A stretch of DNA of 64,000 nucleotides from Fibrobacteria bacterium (lineage in GTDB: Bacteria > Fibrobacterota > Fibrobacteria > UBA11236). Position numbers and translations under genes: made by a program. Positions within the stretch are counted from its first letter, which is position 1, and each line of letters begins with the position of its first letter. Below are positions 9,169-19,311 of this stretch, in pieces. The stretch spans positions 1 to 64,000 of the forward strand of contig JAYTHY010000088.1 in NCBI GenBank assembly GCA_043732185.1, in the 5' to 3' direction. A model generated the notes under the pieces. That model saw only the letters and a program-made list of their open reading frames with translations, was not told the origin of the DNA and searched no databases.

Positions 9169-9816
9169 TCAAAAAGTATTTTCCATGATCGCCTGCGGAA
9201 ACTGAGACCGGATTTTTTCGACGATCAAACATCTGGCTCGATGCAGTCTCACCCGGACCAGGGATTTGGTAATGCCCAGTTCGAGTGAGGTTTCTTCACC
9301 GCTGAGTCCCTCGAAATCCCTGAGGTAATGGACGTCACGGTATTTCCTATCTAATTTTGCCGCGGCAAATTCCACCATCCGCACCAGCTCCAATTGCATG
9401 AGGACGCTGTCAGGCAAGGGATCTTTCGATTCAATATTTTCAAGGACATGGGATTGGGTAGTGGGCGAATTTACCTTACGGTATTTTTCGGCCAACTTGT
9501 CGCAAATCTTATGGTAGGCCAGGGAAAAAATCCAGGTGGACAACTTACACCGGCCTTCGAATCCGGGAAGCCCTCGATGCACGGCAATGTAGGTTTCTTG
9601 CAGGATCTCCTCTACGGCGCATGAGTCTGGAAAATATCGATGCACATAGGAGGACAATGGGGCATAGGTTTGGTTGAAAAGGTGGCTGAATGCTCTTTCG
9701 CATCCAGGGGTCTCGGAGCGCACCTCATTCAGGAAAGATGCCGTATTGATCTCCAGGAAAGGTTCGCTCGGTTCGCGAAATTTTTTCCCGGACGCGAAAG
9801 ATTTGGGTACTACCAC
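9169..9816 (-). CDS. ECF (sigma-24) RNA polymerase sigma factor; start uncertain
   Basis: EEILQETYIAV...FEGRCKLSTWIF (region 2) and LRDFEGLSGEETSLELGITKSLVRVRLHRAR (region 4). Confidence 0.92.
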   Translation of the reverse strand: MVVPKSFASGKKFREPSEPFLEINTASFLNEVRSETPGCERAFSHLFNQTYAPLSSYVHRYFPDSCAVEEILQETYIAVHRGLPGFEGRCKLSTWIFSLAYHKICDKLAEKYRKVNSPTTQSHVLENIESKDPLPDSVLMQLELVRMVEFAAAKLDRKYRDVHYLRDFEGLSGEETSLELGITKSLVRVRLHRARCLIVEKIRSQFPQAIMENTF

Positions 9817-10041
9817 AAGCTGTTCCTCGGAATTGGATCCGCATCCCTATTGAAACTATTGAAACTATCTCAATGCCTTTGCATAAGATATCTTTCATAG
9901 AAATGCGATTCTTCCATTTCCATGCAATATCCGTATTCAAATGTTAACGGCAGTTCCGACGGCCCTATAGCCTTACCTCCACTTGGCGGTTATACTTATC
10001 GGGTGCCTTCGAACCAAAGGTAGGGACAGGAAAATGCAGTT

Positions 10042-10881
10042 ATGAGTCCTTCTACGGTCGAGCCGGATGTCCTCCATTACTCGGATTACCGGACCTTTCT
10101 CCGAGATCTTTATGATTTCAGAAAGTCCCGGCAACCTTCGTTCTCCTACCGGTATTTTGCCCAAAAGGCTGGCATCGGCAGTCCCAACTACCTGAAGCTG
10201 GTCATGGACGGAGAGCGAAATCTGACCAAAAAAAGCCTGGTGAAATTCCAATCCGCCTTGGGCCTCAAAAGCAGAAGGGCGGAATTCTTCGAGAATTTGG
10301 TATTTTTCAACCAGGCTACCACAATTTCGGAGCGGAATATCTACTATGAAAACATCCTCAAGGTGCGCACCCGGTCGGGTCTTAGAAAGCTTGAGGAAAA
10401 CCAGTTCCAATTGTTTACGGACTGGCGACATATCGTGATTCGAGAGATGGTGGCGCTTAAGGGGTTTCGGCCGGATCCCCACTGGATACTTCGGAAGTTA
10501 GGCAAGGGATTCACAGTGAAGCAGATTGAAGAATCACTGGCTCTCCTTTCCAATATGGGGCTCCTCAAACGGACGGCCAACGGTGTCGCCCAAAGTGACG
10601 TCAACATTACCACCTCCGATGAAGTACGTTCTCTACTGATCAAGAACTATCACCGGCAGATGATGCAAAAGGCTCTCACCGTGCTGGATACTCTGCCCGC
10701 CTCCCAAAGAGACATTTCCAGCATCACCATCCCAATCCATGCCCGGGATTTCATCAAGGTCAAGGAACTCATCCAGCTTATGCGCAAGGAGTTGTTGAAT
10801 CTGGGTGCTGATTCCGGTGAGGGCGGAGAAGTGGTGCATATCAATATTCAGCTTTTCCCTCTGACGGGCATGCAGGATTGA
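10042..10881 (+). CDS. TIGR02147 family (DUF4423) putative regulator
   Basis: YSDYRTFLRDLY...FSYRYFAQKAGIGSPNYLKLVMDGERNL; W-x-H-x-x-IRE; YHRQMM; RDISSIT; NIQLFPLT. Confidence 0.92.
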   Translation: MSPSTVEPDVLHYSDYRTFLRDLYDFRKSRQPSFSYRYFAQKAGIGSPNYLKLVMDGERNLTKKSLVKFQSALGLKSRRAEFFENLVFFNQATTISERNIYYENILKVRTRSGLRKLEENQFQLFTDWRHIVIREMVALKGFRPDPHWILRKLGKGFTVKQIEESLALLSNMGLLKRTANGVAQSDVNITTSDEVRSLLIKNYHRQMMQKALTVLDTLPASQRDISSITIPIHARDFIKVKELIQLMRKELLNLGADSGEGGEVVHINIQLFPLTGMQD

Positions 10882-10882
10882 C

Positions 10883-11593
10883 GTGATGCGTTATCGCTTA
10901 GTCTGGATGCTCTTCGCAGGCCTGCTTTCAGGATGCCTATTCGAAAGGCTGGCCGGGACGGAAGTGGGTAACCCTGAAGTTACCGTTTCCGCCCGTTTCG
11001 GATTCATTGGAGCGGACAGTCTTGCCCTTATCTCCAGTATGGATATGATGGTCATGAAAATGGAATATCGCATGCCCGATAGTTCCCGGGACTCGATCTG
11101 GAATTACCCGGCCGGTATGGAGGTGGATCTGGCTTCACCTGTAACCGCGTTGAACCTGCCATCGGTGAAAGTCGCAAGTGCCGGATGGACTTCCGCAGAG
11201 TTGATGCTCGTTGCCAGCTACGGTGACTCGACGTTACCTGATTCGATAGCCTATAAAGACTATTCCAATCCAAGATTTATAAAGCTCATTAAAAAAATGA
11301 ACGGGGACTCGATCCGTTTTCTTTTTGAGCTGCCAGAGGGAATGCATATGAAGCTCCAATTCGATTCGAGCAGGTTGCAAAGGTGGCAAACTGGAAACAA
11401 AGTTTCCGTTGAGATCCTCTTCGACTGTGCAAAATGGACTTCGGCGATTTCCGCTCAAGCCTACCAGATTCGTTTGGATGGGGCGGGGAAGCCCTACGTA
11501 CTGGTCAGCCCCAGCGAAAACGTAGGACTCCATACGCTCCTGAAATCCCTGTTTCCGCAGTGCTTCCTAGCGGACGGCGCGCAGTTTATGTGA
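10883..11593 (+). CDS. Hypothetical lipoprotein
   Basis: Lipobox LSGC followed by AGTEVGNP; starts 2 nt after the TIGR02147 stop. Confidence 0.75.
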   Translation: MMRYRLVWMLFAGLLSGCLFERLAGTEVGNPEVTVSARFGFIGADSLALISSMDMMVMKMEYRMPDSSRDSIWNYPAGMEVDLASPVTALNLPSVKVASAGWTSAELMLVASYGDSTLPDSIAYKDYSNPRFIKLIKKMNGDSIRFLFELPEGMHMKLQFDSSRLQRWQTGNKVSVEILFDCAKWTSAISAQAYQIRLDGAGKPYVLVSPSENVGLHTLLKSLFPQCFLADGAQFM

Positions 11594-11626
11594 AGGTTTC
11601 TTACTCGCCAGACCGTTCTTTTGGGT

Positions 11627-12958
11627 TTAGTTCAGGAACCAGGGAATCCGCAAAATATCCTGGAACGTGACAAATAGGAAAAGCAGTAAGAAAAAACTGA
11701 AACCCACCCGATTTATCATATGCTGTGTGCTGAGAGCCAAGGGCTTCTTACGAATCCACTCCAGAAACAAAAACATCACCACACCGCCATCCGTAATCGC
11801 CAAGGGCAGGATATTAAGTACCGCCAGGTTGGTATTGAGCAATGCCATGAATTCCAAAAACTTCTGCACGCTTTGACGCAAACTTCCGGCGATCATTTGC
11901 ACAATCCCGATGGGCCCGGACAAGGCTTTGAGTTTTATTTTTCCAAGAATGATGCCGGAAAGGGTTTTGAAAACCAAGGTGGCGGACTCGGCATTCTTCT
12001 CCACGCTTTTATTCATTGCGCCCAGTACACCGCGTTTGACCAGAATAGTTGGTACTGAAAGACCGGGATAAATTCCCACTACATACCGCTTGCTACTTTC
12101 ATCCATGACGGGTCGAATGGGAATTTCCAATTTCTGATTGTCGCGTACCACGCTGATGGTGATGGACTCTCCTTTGGAACCGTTAACCATTTCAATCAAC
12201 GCGGTGGCAGACGGAATCCGGATTCCGTCCACGGCCATGATTTTGTCGCCTAATTTCAGGCCGGCCGCCTCCGCGGGTTTGCCAGGCATGACTTTAGCAA
12301 CCACAACCTCGGCTTCACCTGTTATTCCAGATAAAGCGATTCCGAACTTGGCATTTATTTCAGGTACCATGGTTAGAGTTAGGGACTGTTCGGAGCGGCG
12401 AATTTCAAGTGGGATAGGATGGCCGCCTTCCATGGCCACATCTTGCATAAACGATTCCCAGCCTGTCACGGGCTTGCCATTCAGTTTGAGAACTTCATCC
12501 CCGCGTTGTAGGCCCGCTTTCTCCCCGGGGGAGCCTACGTCTACTTCACCCACTTTCATAGAATGTTTGGGCTCTTGAACACCGTTCAAATAAAGTCCGA
12601 AAAGAATTAAAAAGGCAAAGACAACATTTGCAGCGGGACCCGCAATGGCGATTAGAAAACGCACCCAAATAGGTTTCACGCGGAATTCATCGGCATTGCC
12701 ATAACCGCCGTCTTCCGGGCTCTCTCCGGCCATGGCTACATATCCGCCAAAGGGTATGGCGGATATAGCGTATTCCGTTTCCCCACGCTTCCAGGTGATT
12801 AATTTTTTTCCAAATCCAATGGAAAAGGTATGCACCTTTACGCCTAGTTTTTTGGCGACAAAGAAATGACCGAACTCATGGATGAAAACCATAAAGCTCA
12901 AACCAATGAGTCCCACCGGAACCTGGTATATCAGTGACCAATAGCCGACCAAATTCAT
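11627..12958 (-). CDS. rseP: RIP metalloprotease RseP (two PDZ domains)
   Basis: HEFGH, FSIGFG, AGPAAN, SGPIGI, NILPLAITDGG. Confidence 0.96.
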   Translation of the reverse strand: MNLVGYWSLIYQVPVGLIGLSFMVFIHEFGHFFVAKKLGVKVHTFSIGFGKKLITWKRGETEYAISAIPFGGYVAMAGESPEDGGYGNADEFRVKPIWVRFLIAIAGPAANVVFAFLILFGLYLNGVQEPKHSMKVGEVDVGSPGEKAGLQRGDEVLKLNGKPVTGWESFMQDVAMEGGHPIPLEIRRSEQSLTLTMVPEINAKFGIALSGITGEAEVVVAKVMPGKPAEAAGLKLGDKIMAVDGIRIPSATALIEMVNGSKGESITISVVRDNQKLEIPIRPVMDESSKRYVVGIYPGLSVPTILVKRGVLGAMNKSVEKNAESATLVFKTLSGIILGKIKLKALSGPIGIVQMIAGSLRQSVQKFLEFMALLNTNLAVLNILPLAITDGGVVMFLFLEWIRKKPLALSTQHMINRVGFSFFLLLFLFVTFQDILRIPWFLN

Positions 12959-14130
12959 GCGATACCTGCTTTCACTTCAATCTCATCCATTATACTTATC
13001 GCAGCCTGGCGTGCCCAACTATCCGCGCTAAGTACGTCTTTAATATCCGGATTTTGTTTCACACTGGCTGCGTCAAGGACGGCTGACAGAATCACTGGAA
13101 TATCGGTGAAACCAACCTTTTCTTCCAGAAAACGGGCTACAACGGCCTCATTGGCGGCATTGAGGATGGCCGGACCAGTACCTCCCAAATGACCAGCGCG
13201 ATAGGCCAAGCCTAAACAAGGGAACTTGTCGAGGTCGGGCGCGAAGAATTCCAGTTTGGCCAGCTTGGCCATGTTCAGTCTTTCCACGTTCAAGGGCCAA
13301 CGCTCCGGATAGGAAAGGGCATACTGAATCGGCAGTTGCATATCCGGGCAGCCAAGTTGCGCCATCAAAGATCCATCTTGGAATTGAACGAAGGAATGAA
13401 TAATGGATGTTGGATGAATGGTCACTTTGATTTTAGCGAATTCCACCCCAAACAAATAATGGGCTTCAATGACCTCCAAGCCTTTGTTCATCAGTGTGGC
13501 AGAATCAATCGTGATTTTTTCGCCCATCACCCAAGTGGGATGTTTTAAGGCGTCGGATTTGCGAATGGATGCGAAGGTATCTTTCGGTCTTTCGCGAAAT
13601 GGGCCACCGGAAGCCGTAAGCTCAATGTGTTCGACTTCGGAAATGGGTCGTCCTGCCATACATTGAAAAATCGCGGAATGTTCCGAATCAATGGGAATCA
13701 ATTGACTGGCCGGATGGCTTCGCAAAGCTGAATTGATAATTTCGCCCGCCATCACCATGGTCTCTTTATTTGCCAGTCCAACATGTTTGCCCCGGCGGAT
13801 GGCCTCAAGAGTCGGCTGGCAACCGATTGCGCCCACCAGCCCGTTGAGGACATAATCCACTTCGGTTAGGGAAACCAGTTCCAATAATCCGTCCATTCCC
13901 TCCAAAACTCTAATCGAAGTCTTCTGGCGCATTCGCGCAGCCGCATCCGCATCAAAGACACAGACAATCTTGATTTTGAATTCGTCGATGATGGGCAATA
14001 ACTTTTCCCATTGCCGCCCAACCGCCACACCTACCAACCGGAAGCGGTCGGGATGCTGGCGGAAAACCTTGAGGGCATTCATACCAATGGAACCGGTAGC
14101 GCCCAGCAAGGCGATATTCTTCTTATGCAT
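12955..14130 (-). CDS. dxr: 1-deoxy-D-xylulose-5-phosphate reductoisomerase
   Basis: LLGATGSIG, LANKE, PIDSEHSAIFQ, LTASGGPF, HPTWVMGEKITIDSATLMNKGLE. Confidence 0.98.
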   Translation of the reverse strand: MHKKNIALLGATGSIGMNALKVFRQHPDRFRLVGVAVGRQWEKLLPIIDEFKIKIVCVFDADAAARMRQKTSIRVLEGMDGLLELVSLTEVDYVLNGLVGAIGCQPTLEAIRRGKHVGLANKETMVMAGEIINSALRSHPASQLIPIDSEHSAIFQCMAGRPISEVEHIELTASGGPFRERPKDTFASIRKSDALKHPTWVMGEKITIDSATLMNKGLEVIEAHYLFGVEFAKIKVTIHPTSIIHSFVQFQDGSLMAQLGCPDMQLPIQYALSYPERWPLNVERLNMAKLAKLEFFAPDLDKFPCLGLAYRAGHLGGTGPAILNAANEAVVARFLEEKVGFTDIPVILSAVLDAASVKQNPDIKDVLSADSWARQAAISIMDEIEVKAGIA

Positions 14131-14310
14131 GGTGATTCAATATAAAAAATGCCATGAATCGAATTATAGCAAGCCTACCTCAGAATTCCCCCAAAAGACA
14201 CAAAACGCGTCCTACCCATCCCATTCATTACCTGCGGATCACGCTTGCCTATTTTTTTTGCCAGGTGCTAGTGTGAGAGTGTCAGGTAATTCGGGAAGGA
14301 AGCTTAACCT

Positions 14311-14796
14311 ATGCTGTATTCTAGCACCAAACTTAGCTGGACCTTGGCGATTGGATTGTTCTTGTCCGCCTGCGATTTGACGCAATTGACGAAATCAAGT
14401 TCGACGGACACCGTAGCGCAGCCCAAAACTGAAGCCACCGTAATTGGCATTTGGAGGGCCAATATTCCCGTTTCCGCCACCCCTCCTACCGACATCAAAG
14501 TGACTATGGATATTGGAAGCGACCATACCATGTTGTTGTCCTATCGGGTGGCAACGGGTAAACCGTCCCCGTATGATTATCTGGAGATAAAAAAGGAATA
14601 CTCGACGTGGACAGTGTCCGATGGTAATTTATCCAGCGTTAAAACCCATTGTGAGTATAAAGATCAGACCACCGGTTTGGCGACGGCGGAAGTGGACTGC
14701 CGGGCACCCATAGAAGAATCCCATGATATCAATGTCAAAGGCGGAGCATGGACCCTCATAATAGAGGGCGCGCCGCTAGTTTTCAATAAACGATGA
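14311..14796 (+). CDS. Hypothetical lipoprotein (lipocalin-like beta fold possible)
   Basis: Lipobox LSAC, IGIW motif, one further Cys pair; fills the gap between cdsA and dxr on the opposite strand. Confidence 0.7.
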   Translation: MLYSSTKLSWTLAIGLFLSACDLTQLTKSSSTDTVAQPKTEATVIGIWRANIPVSATPPTDIKVTMDIGSDHTMLLSYRVATGKPSPYDYLEIKKEYSTWTVSDGNLSSVKTHCEYKDQTTGLATAEVDCRAPIEESHDINVKGGAWTLIIEGAPLVFNKR

Positions 14797-14817
14797 AAAT
14801 ATGTTGCACTTACTTTG

Positions 14818-15648
14818 TCAATGCGCGACGCTAAATAGCGACAAGTAGAAGGCTGCCACAGGCGCACTGAAAAAGAGGGCGTCGAATCGATCCAACACTC
14901 CACCATGCCCGGGAATTAAGTTGGAGGAGTCTTTTGCACCTGCATGCCGTTTAAGAATGGATATAAAGAGGTCGCCGAGTATTGCTGTGCTGGATAGCAC
15001 AAGTCCCAAACCAAGGTTTACCATGCCGCTGGTCTTCAGTAAGATAGGACCAATGGCCATAACCAGAACCGTGGTTAGGATAGCGCCACCGACGGCACCT
15101 TCCACCGTTTTACCGGAACTGATAGAGGGCGCGAGCTTGCGTTTTCCAAAAGCCCGTCCCGTCACATAGGCGCCCGTATCGGCAGTGGCAATGGCGAGCT
15201 GCACCAGTAAGAGTGGGAAGATGCCGTGCCAACCGGTTTCCGGACGGACTAACGCGTATATACCTGCGGCATACCATCCGAAATATCCGCATCCGAAAAG
15301 CTGCAAATAAATCCAGGGGGCCATGACTGAAATATTTAGGTAGCGGAAACCAAGCAATGTGAAAGCAAGGACCCCCGTAACTGCCAAACCCCAAGCCAGA
15401 GTTTCCGGCGGAAGAGCGGAAAAACCGGGAAGATGCGCTAGCGTACTAAGGAGCACCACGAGGGCCGGAAACCAGGCTATATGGGGTCCAGAAAAGCTTT
15501 TGGAAACCATGCGGGAATATTCCCAAGCACCCAAGGTAAGCATCAAGGCCATCACCGCCCAGCGGGTGTTCACGTTGAGCACAAGGGCGGAAAATCCCAG
15601 CAGGCCCATGACAACTGCTGATACGATGCGAACAGCTAGATTTGACAG
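14818..15648 (-). CDS. cdsA: Phosphatidate cytidylyltransferase (probable CTG start)
   Basis: DTGAYVTGRAFG, SSGKTVEG, GDLFISILKR, KDSSNLIPGHGGVLDRFD. The frame extends to CTG at 15648, giving (M)SNLAVRIVSAVV. Confidence 0.93.
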   Translation of the reverse strand: MSNLAVRIVSAVVMGLLGFSALVLNVNTRWAVMALMLTLGAWEYSRMVSKSFSGPHIAWFPALVVLLSTLAHLPGFSALPPETLAWGLAVTGVLAFTLLGFRYLNISVMAPWIYLQLFGCGYFGWYAAGIYALVRPETGWHGIFPLLLVQLAIATADTGAYVTGRAFGKRKLAPSISSGKTVEGAVGGAILTTVLVMAIGPILLKTSGMVNLGLGLVLSSTAILGDLFISILKRHAGAKDSSNLIPGHGGVLDRFDALFFSAPVAAFYLSLFSVAH

Positions 15649-15651
15649 GGC

Positions 15652-16362
15652 TTAGCCTTCGAACACTTTGCCGAAACGACGTTGGCGGGAATGGTATTCC
15701 TCGATGGCTTCTACCAGACCGTCGCGATCAAAATCCGGCCATAACGTTGGCGTTACGTACAATTCCGTATAGGCAATTTGCCATAGCAGGTAGTTGGATA
15801 TGCGCTGGTCGCCGCCGGTTCGAATCAAAAGCTCCGGATCGGGAACTTCGCTTTGGTACATGTGTGCACGAAACACTTGGTCATCGATATCAGCGGGCTC
15901 GATTTCTCCACGACGGGCTTTTTCGGCCAGTGCGCGGCAGGCATCCAGGATTTCTTCTCTGCCACCGTAAGAAACCGCCAAGTTAAGCTGAAGACCGGTA
16001 TTTTCCCGGGTACGTTCCATGCCCCATTCCAGTTCCTTGCGTGTTACGTCGGGAAGGCGGGATAAATTTCCCAGGGCACAGAGCCGGACATTATTGTCCA
16101 TTAAATCCTGAATTTCTTGTCGGATCATGTCGACCAGAAGGTGCATGAGGGCATCGACTTCCGGAAGCGGTCGTTCCCAGTTTTCGGAGGAGAAGACGTA
16201 TATGGTAAGGTATTTGACACCTAATTCGCCGGCTGCTTTAACGATTCGCTTAGTCGCTTTTGTGCCTTCTTTATGGCCTACAACTCGAGGTAAAAAACGT
16301 TTTTTTGCCCAGCGGCCATTTCCGTCCATGATGACGGCAATATGTTGTAGAGGCTCACGCAT
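15652..16362 (-). CDS. uppS: Undecaprenyl diphosphate synthase
   Basis: HIAVIMDGNGRWA, FSSENWER, YGGREEI, IRTGGDQRISNYLLWQ. Confidence 0.97.
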   Translation of the reverse strand: MREPLQHIAVIMDGNGRWAKKRFLPRVVGHKEGTKATKRIVKAAGELGVKYLTIYVFSSENWERPLPEVDALMHLLVDMIRQEIQDLMDNNVRLCALGNLSRLPDVTRKELEWGMERTRENTGLQLNLAVSYGGREEILDACRALAEKARRGEIEPADIDDQVFRAHMYQSEVPDPELLIRTGGDQRISNYLLWQIAYTELYVTPTLWPDFDRDGLVEAIEEYHSRQRRFGKVFEG

Positions 16363-16379
16363 GGTAGGGCGAACCGGAC

Positions 16380-16931
16380 TCAAACGGTGAGGATGTCCTT
16401 TTCCTTTTCAACGATCACTTTATCCACTTCTGCAATGTATTTGTCTGTAATGGTCTGGACTTTTTCCATCTCATGTTTGAGGTCGTCTTCTGGGCCACCG
16501 GAATCTTTGGCCGCTTTTTTCAAGTGTTCGTTTTCATCACGACGAATATTACGAATGGCCACTTTGCCTTCTTCGCCCACATGCTTGGCCACTTTGGCCA
16601 GTTCCTTGCGGCGTTCACCGGTTAAAACGGGCATATTCAAACGAATGAAAGTTCCATCGTTAACTGGATTGATGCCAATGTTGCTGGTCTGGATGGCTTT
16701 TTCGATGGCTTGCATCAAACTTTTGTCCCAGGGTTTAATAGCCAGACAGCGCGGTTCCGGTATGGAGATGGCCGCCGCCTGAGGGATGGGTGTTTTGGTG
16801 CCGTAATAGTCGATGTAGATATTGTCCAGAATAGATGGAGATGCGATTCCGGTGCGAATCTTGGCCAACTCGCGGTGGACCGTGTCCACGGTTTTCTGCA
16901 TACGGTCTTTAAGTGATTTCTCGTCGAACAT
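16380..16931 (-). CDS. frr: Ribosome recycling factor
   Basis: IRTGIASPSIL, YYG, IGINPVNDG, LTGERRKEL, AIRNIRRD. Confidence 0.97.
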   Translation of the reverse strand: MFDEKSLKDRMQKTVDTVHRELAKIRTGIASPSILDNIYIDYYGTKTPIPQAAAISIPEPRCLAIKPWDKSLMQAIEKAIQTSNIGINPVNDGTFIRLNMPVLTGERRKELAKVAKHVGEEGKVAIRNIRRDENEHLKKAAKDSGGPEDDLKHEMEKVQTITDKYIAEVDKVIVEKEKDILTV

Positions 16932-16935
16932 GCTT

Positions 16936-17658
16936 TTACTCCCCGCCGTTCACCAAGGTTCCAATCTTTTCCCCTTTAGCCGCTTTGACCAAATTACCAG
17001 GAACGGTCATGTCGAAAACCAAAATGGGAATATTGTTCTCACGACACAAGGCGAAAGCCGAAGTATCCATAACCTTGAGCTGCCGATTGATGGCCTCAGT
17101 ATAGGTAATGCTATCGTACTTAACCGCATCTTTGTGCTTGTTGGGATCCTTATCATAAATACCATCTACATTGGTGGCCTTCATGATCACGTCACAGTTT
17201 GTTTCAATGGCCCGCAATGTGGCTGCGCTATCCGTTGTAAAGTAAGGGTTACCCGTTCCGGCCGCGAATAGGGCGATGCGTCCTTTTTCCAGATGGCGGA
17301 CTGCCCGGCGGCGGATATAAAACTCGGCGATGGTAGACATTTTGATTGCGCTCATCACACGGGTAAATATGCCCAGTTTTTCCAGGGCGTCTTGCATAGC
17401 CAGGCAATTGATGACTGTTGCCAACATTCCCATCTGGTCTGCGGAAACGCGGTCGAAACCGAATTTACTCAGCGTAGAGCCTCGAACAATATTGCCCCCG
17501 CCAATAACAATTCCTAATTGTATGCCGCTTTGATAGACTTGGGCAACTTCTTCGGCGATAGCGCGGATAGTATCCGGGTCTATGCCACTTTCCTGGTCGC
17601 CTGCGAAAGTCTCCCCACTAAGTTTGAGAAGAATTCGCTTGTACCTTAGGTCGGGCAC
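16936..17658 (-). CDS. pyrH: UMP kinase
   Basis: [30 protein letters not shown]. Confidence 0.98.
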   Translation of the reverse strand: MPDLRYKRILLKLSGETFAGDQESGIDPDTIRAIAEEVAQVYQSGIQLGIVIGGGNIVRGSTLSKFGFDRVSADQMGMLATVINCLAMQDALEKLGIFTRVMSAIKMSTIAEFYIRRRAVRHLEKGRIALFAAGTGNPYFTTDSAATLRAIETNCDVIMKATNVDGIYDKDPNKHKDAVKYDSITYTEAINRQLKVMDTSAFALCRENNIPILVFDMTVPGNLVKAAKGEKIGTLVNGGE

Positions 17659-17662
17659 TGGG

Positions 17663-18529
17663 CTATTGACCCAATTGAAGTCGGTGGAAACCGAGCACCT
17701 TTACGGACTCGAGCCCTTGCGACTTGGCAGTATTGGCCAGCAATTTGTCGACAGTGAGTTTGCTGTCTTTGATGTAGACCTGGCTGATCAAACAATTCTC
17801 TTTGTAGAATTTGGTAACCTTGCCCTCGACGATTTTTTCAAGCATGTCGCCGGTCTTGCCCTCTTTCAAAGTCAATTCCCTGGCGATTTCGCGCTCTTTA
17901 TCCACTAAGGCAGTGGGGACGTCTTTTGGCTCAACGGCAATGGGCATGCTAGCGGCAACCTGCATGGCCAAGTCTTTGGCCAATGTAGATAAGCCCGCCT
18001 TGTCATTAGGTGTTCCGGCAAATCCCAGCTTTAGGATGACGCCGATTTTCCCTTGCATGTGGGAGTAGGTTTCCGCGATTTCACCGGTGCCGATTTTTTC
18101 CAAGGCGAAACGACGTATGGAAATCATTTCTCCGATTTTGGCGATAACGGCCGTATTCGCTTCACCTACCGTAGTGGCATCCATGGGAAGAACTTTGAGG
18201 GCTTCGATATCAGCAGGCTTTTTATCCAGAATAACCTGGGCGGTTTTGCCGGCAAAAGCGTTGAAGTCATCGGACGCAGATACGAAGTCGGTTTCGCAAT
18301 TGATTTCAACCGCTGCAACGGCATCTCCACTGGCAGCAAGAACAACCTTGCCTTCTTTAGTTTCCTTGCCTACCCGTTTAGCGGCAACAGCAGCACCTTG
18401 TTTGCGAAGGTACTCGATGGCTTTTTCCAAGTCACCGGACGATTCCGTAAGGGCTTTTTTACATTGAAGAATGCCGAGACCGGTTTTTTCACGGAGTTCG
18501 GCAACAGCTTGGGCGGTAACTTCCGCCAT
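17663..18529 (-). CDS. tsf: Elongation factor Ts
   Basis: [26 protein letters not shown]. Confidence 0.98.
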   Translation of the reverse strand: MAEVTAQAVAELREKTGLGILQCKKALTESSGDLEKAIEYLRKQGAAVAAKRVGKETKEGKVVLAASGDAVAAVEINCETDFVSASDDFNAFAGKTAQVILDKKPADIEALKVLPMDATTVGEANTAVIAKIGEMISIRRFALEKIGTGEIAETYSHMQGKIGVILKLGFAGTPNDKAGLSTLAKDLAMQVAASMPIAVEPKDVPTALVDKEREIARELTLKEGKTGDMLEKIVEGKVTKFYKENCLISQVYIKDSKLTVDKLLANTAKSQGLESVKVLGFHRLQLGQ

Positions 18530-19275
18530 TATTCTGCTCCCTCGAGGACTTCAGCTAGCTTAGGCGCAGCATCCGTCTTTTCCTCCTGAGCAACCGGGGC
18601 CTTGATGGCAACAATTGCATCTGAGAATACGCGCGTCAACAAACCCACGGATTTGATGGCATCGTCGTTACCGGGAATTGGGTAAGTAATCTTATCCGGG
18701 TCGCTATTTGTATCGACAATGGCGAAGACGGGAATGCGCAGCCGGTTGGCCTCGTGAACGGCGATTTCCTCATGCTCGGAATCGACCACGAATAGGGCAC
18801 CAGGAAGGCTCTTCATATCGCGGATACCGCTGAAAATGCCTTCGAGCTTGGCGCGTTCCTTGTTTAAGCTTAAAACTTCTTTTTTGGTGATTTCCTTGAA
18901 AAGACCGTCCGCTTCCATTTTCTCGATTTCTTCGAGACGTTTAATGGATTTTTTAACGGTGGAGAAGTTGGTGAGCATTCCGCCCAACCAGCGCTCGGTG
19001 ACATAATACATGCCGCAGCGCACGGCTTCTTCCTTCATACAATCTTTGATGGTCTTTTTGGTACCCACAAAGAGAACGGACTTGCCAGAGTGGCGGATTC
19101 TCTTGACGGCTTCGATGGCCTTCGTCAGACATTCTTGAGTCTTAGCCAAATCAATGACATAGATGCCATTTTTTTCGGTAAGGATAAACTTGCGCATCTT
19201 GGGATTCCACCGCTTGGTGAGATGACCAAAATGAACTCCGGCTTCCAACATCTCTTTGATTTCGGGTACTGACAT
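18529..19275 (-). CDS. rpsB: 30S ribosomal protein S2
   Basis: MLEAGVHFGH...WNPKM, RWLGGMLTN, PGNDDAI. Confidence 0.98.
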   Translation of the reverse strand: MSVPEIKEMLEAGVHFGHLTKRWNPKMRKFILTEKNGIYVIDLAKTQECLTKAIEAVKRIRHSGKSVLFVGTKKTIKDCMKEEAVRCGMYYVTERWLGGMLTNFSTVKKSIKRLEEIEKMEADGLFKEITKKEVLSLNKERAKLEGIFSGIRDMKSLPGALFVVDSEHEEIAVHEANRLRIPVFAIVDTNSDPDKITYPIPGNDDAIKSVGLLTRVFSDAIVAIKAPVAQEEKTDAAPKLAEVLEGAE

Positions 19276-19311
19276 TCTGATTCCTTGGTTCTTTCTCGTA
19301 CTCTTCCGGTT

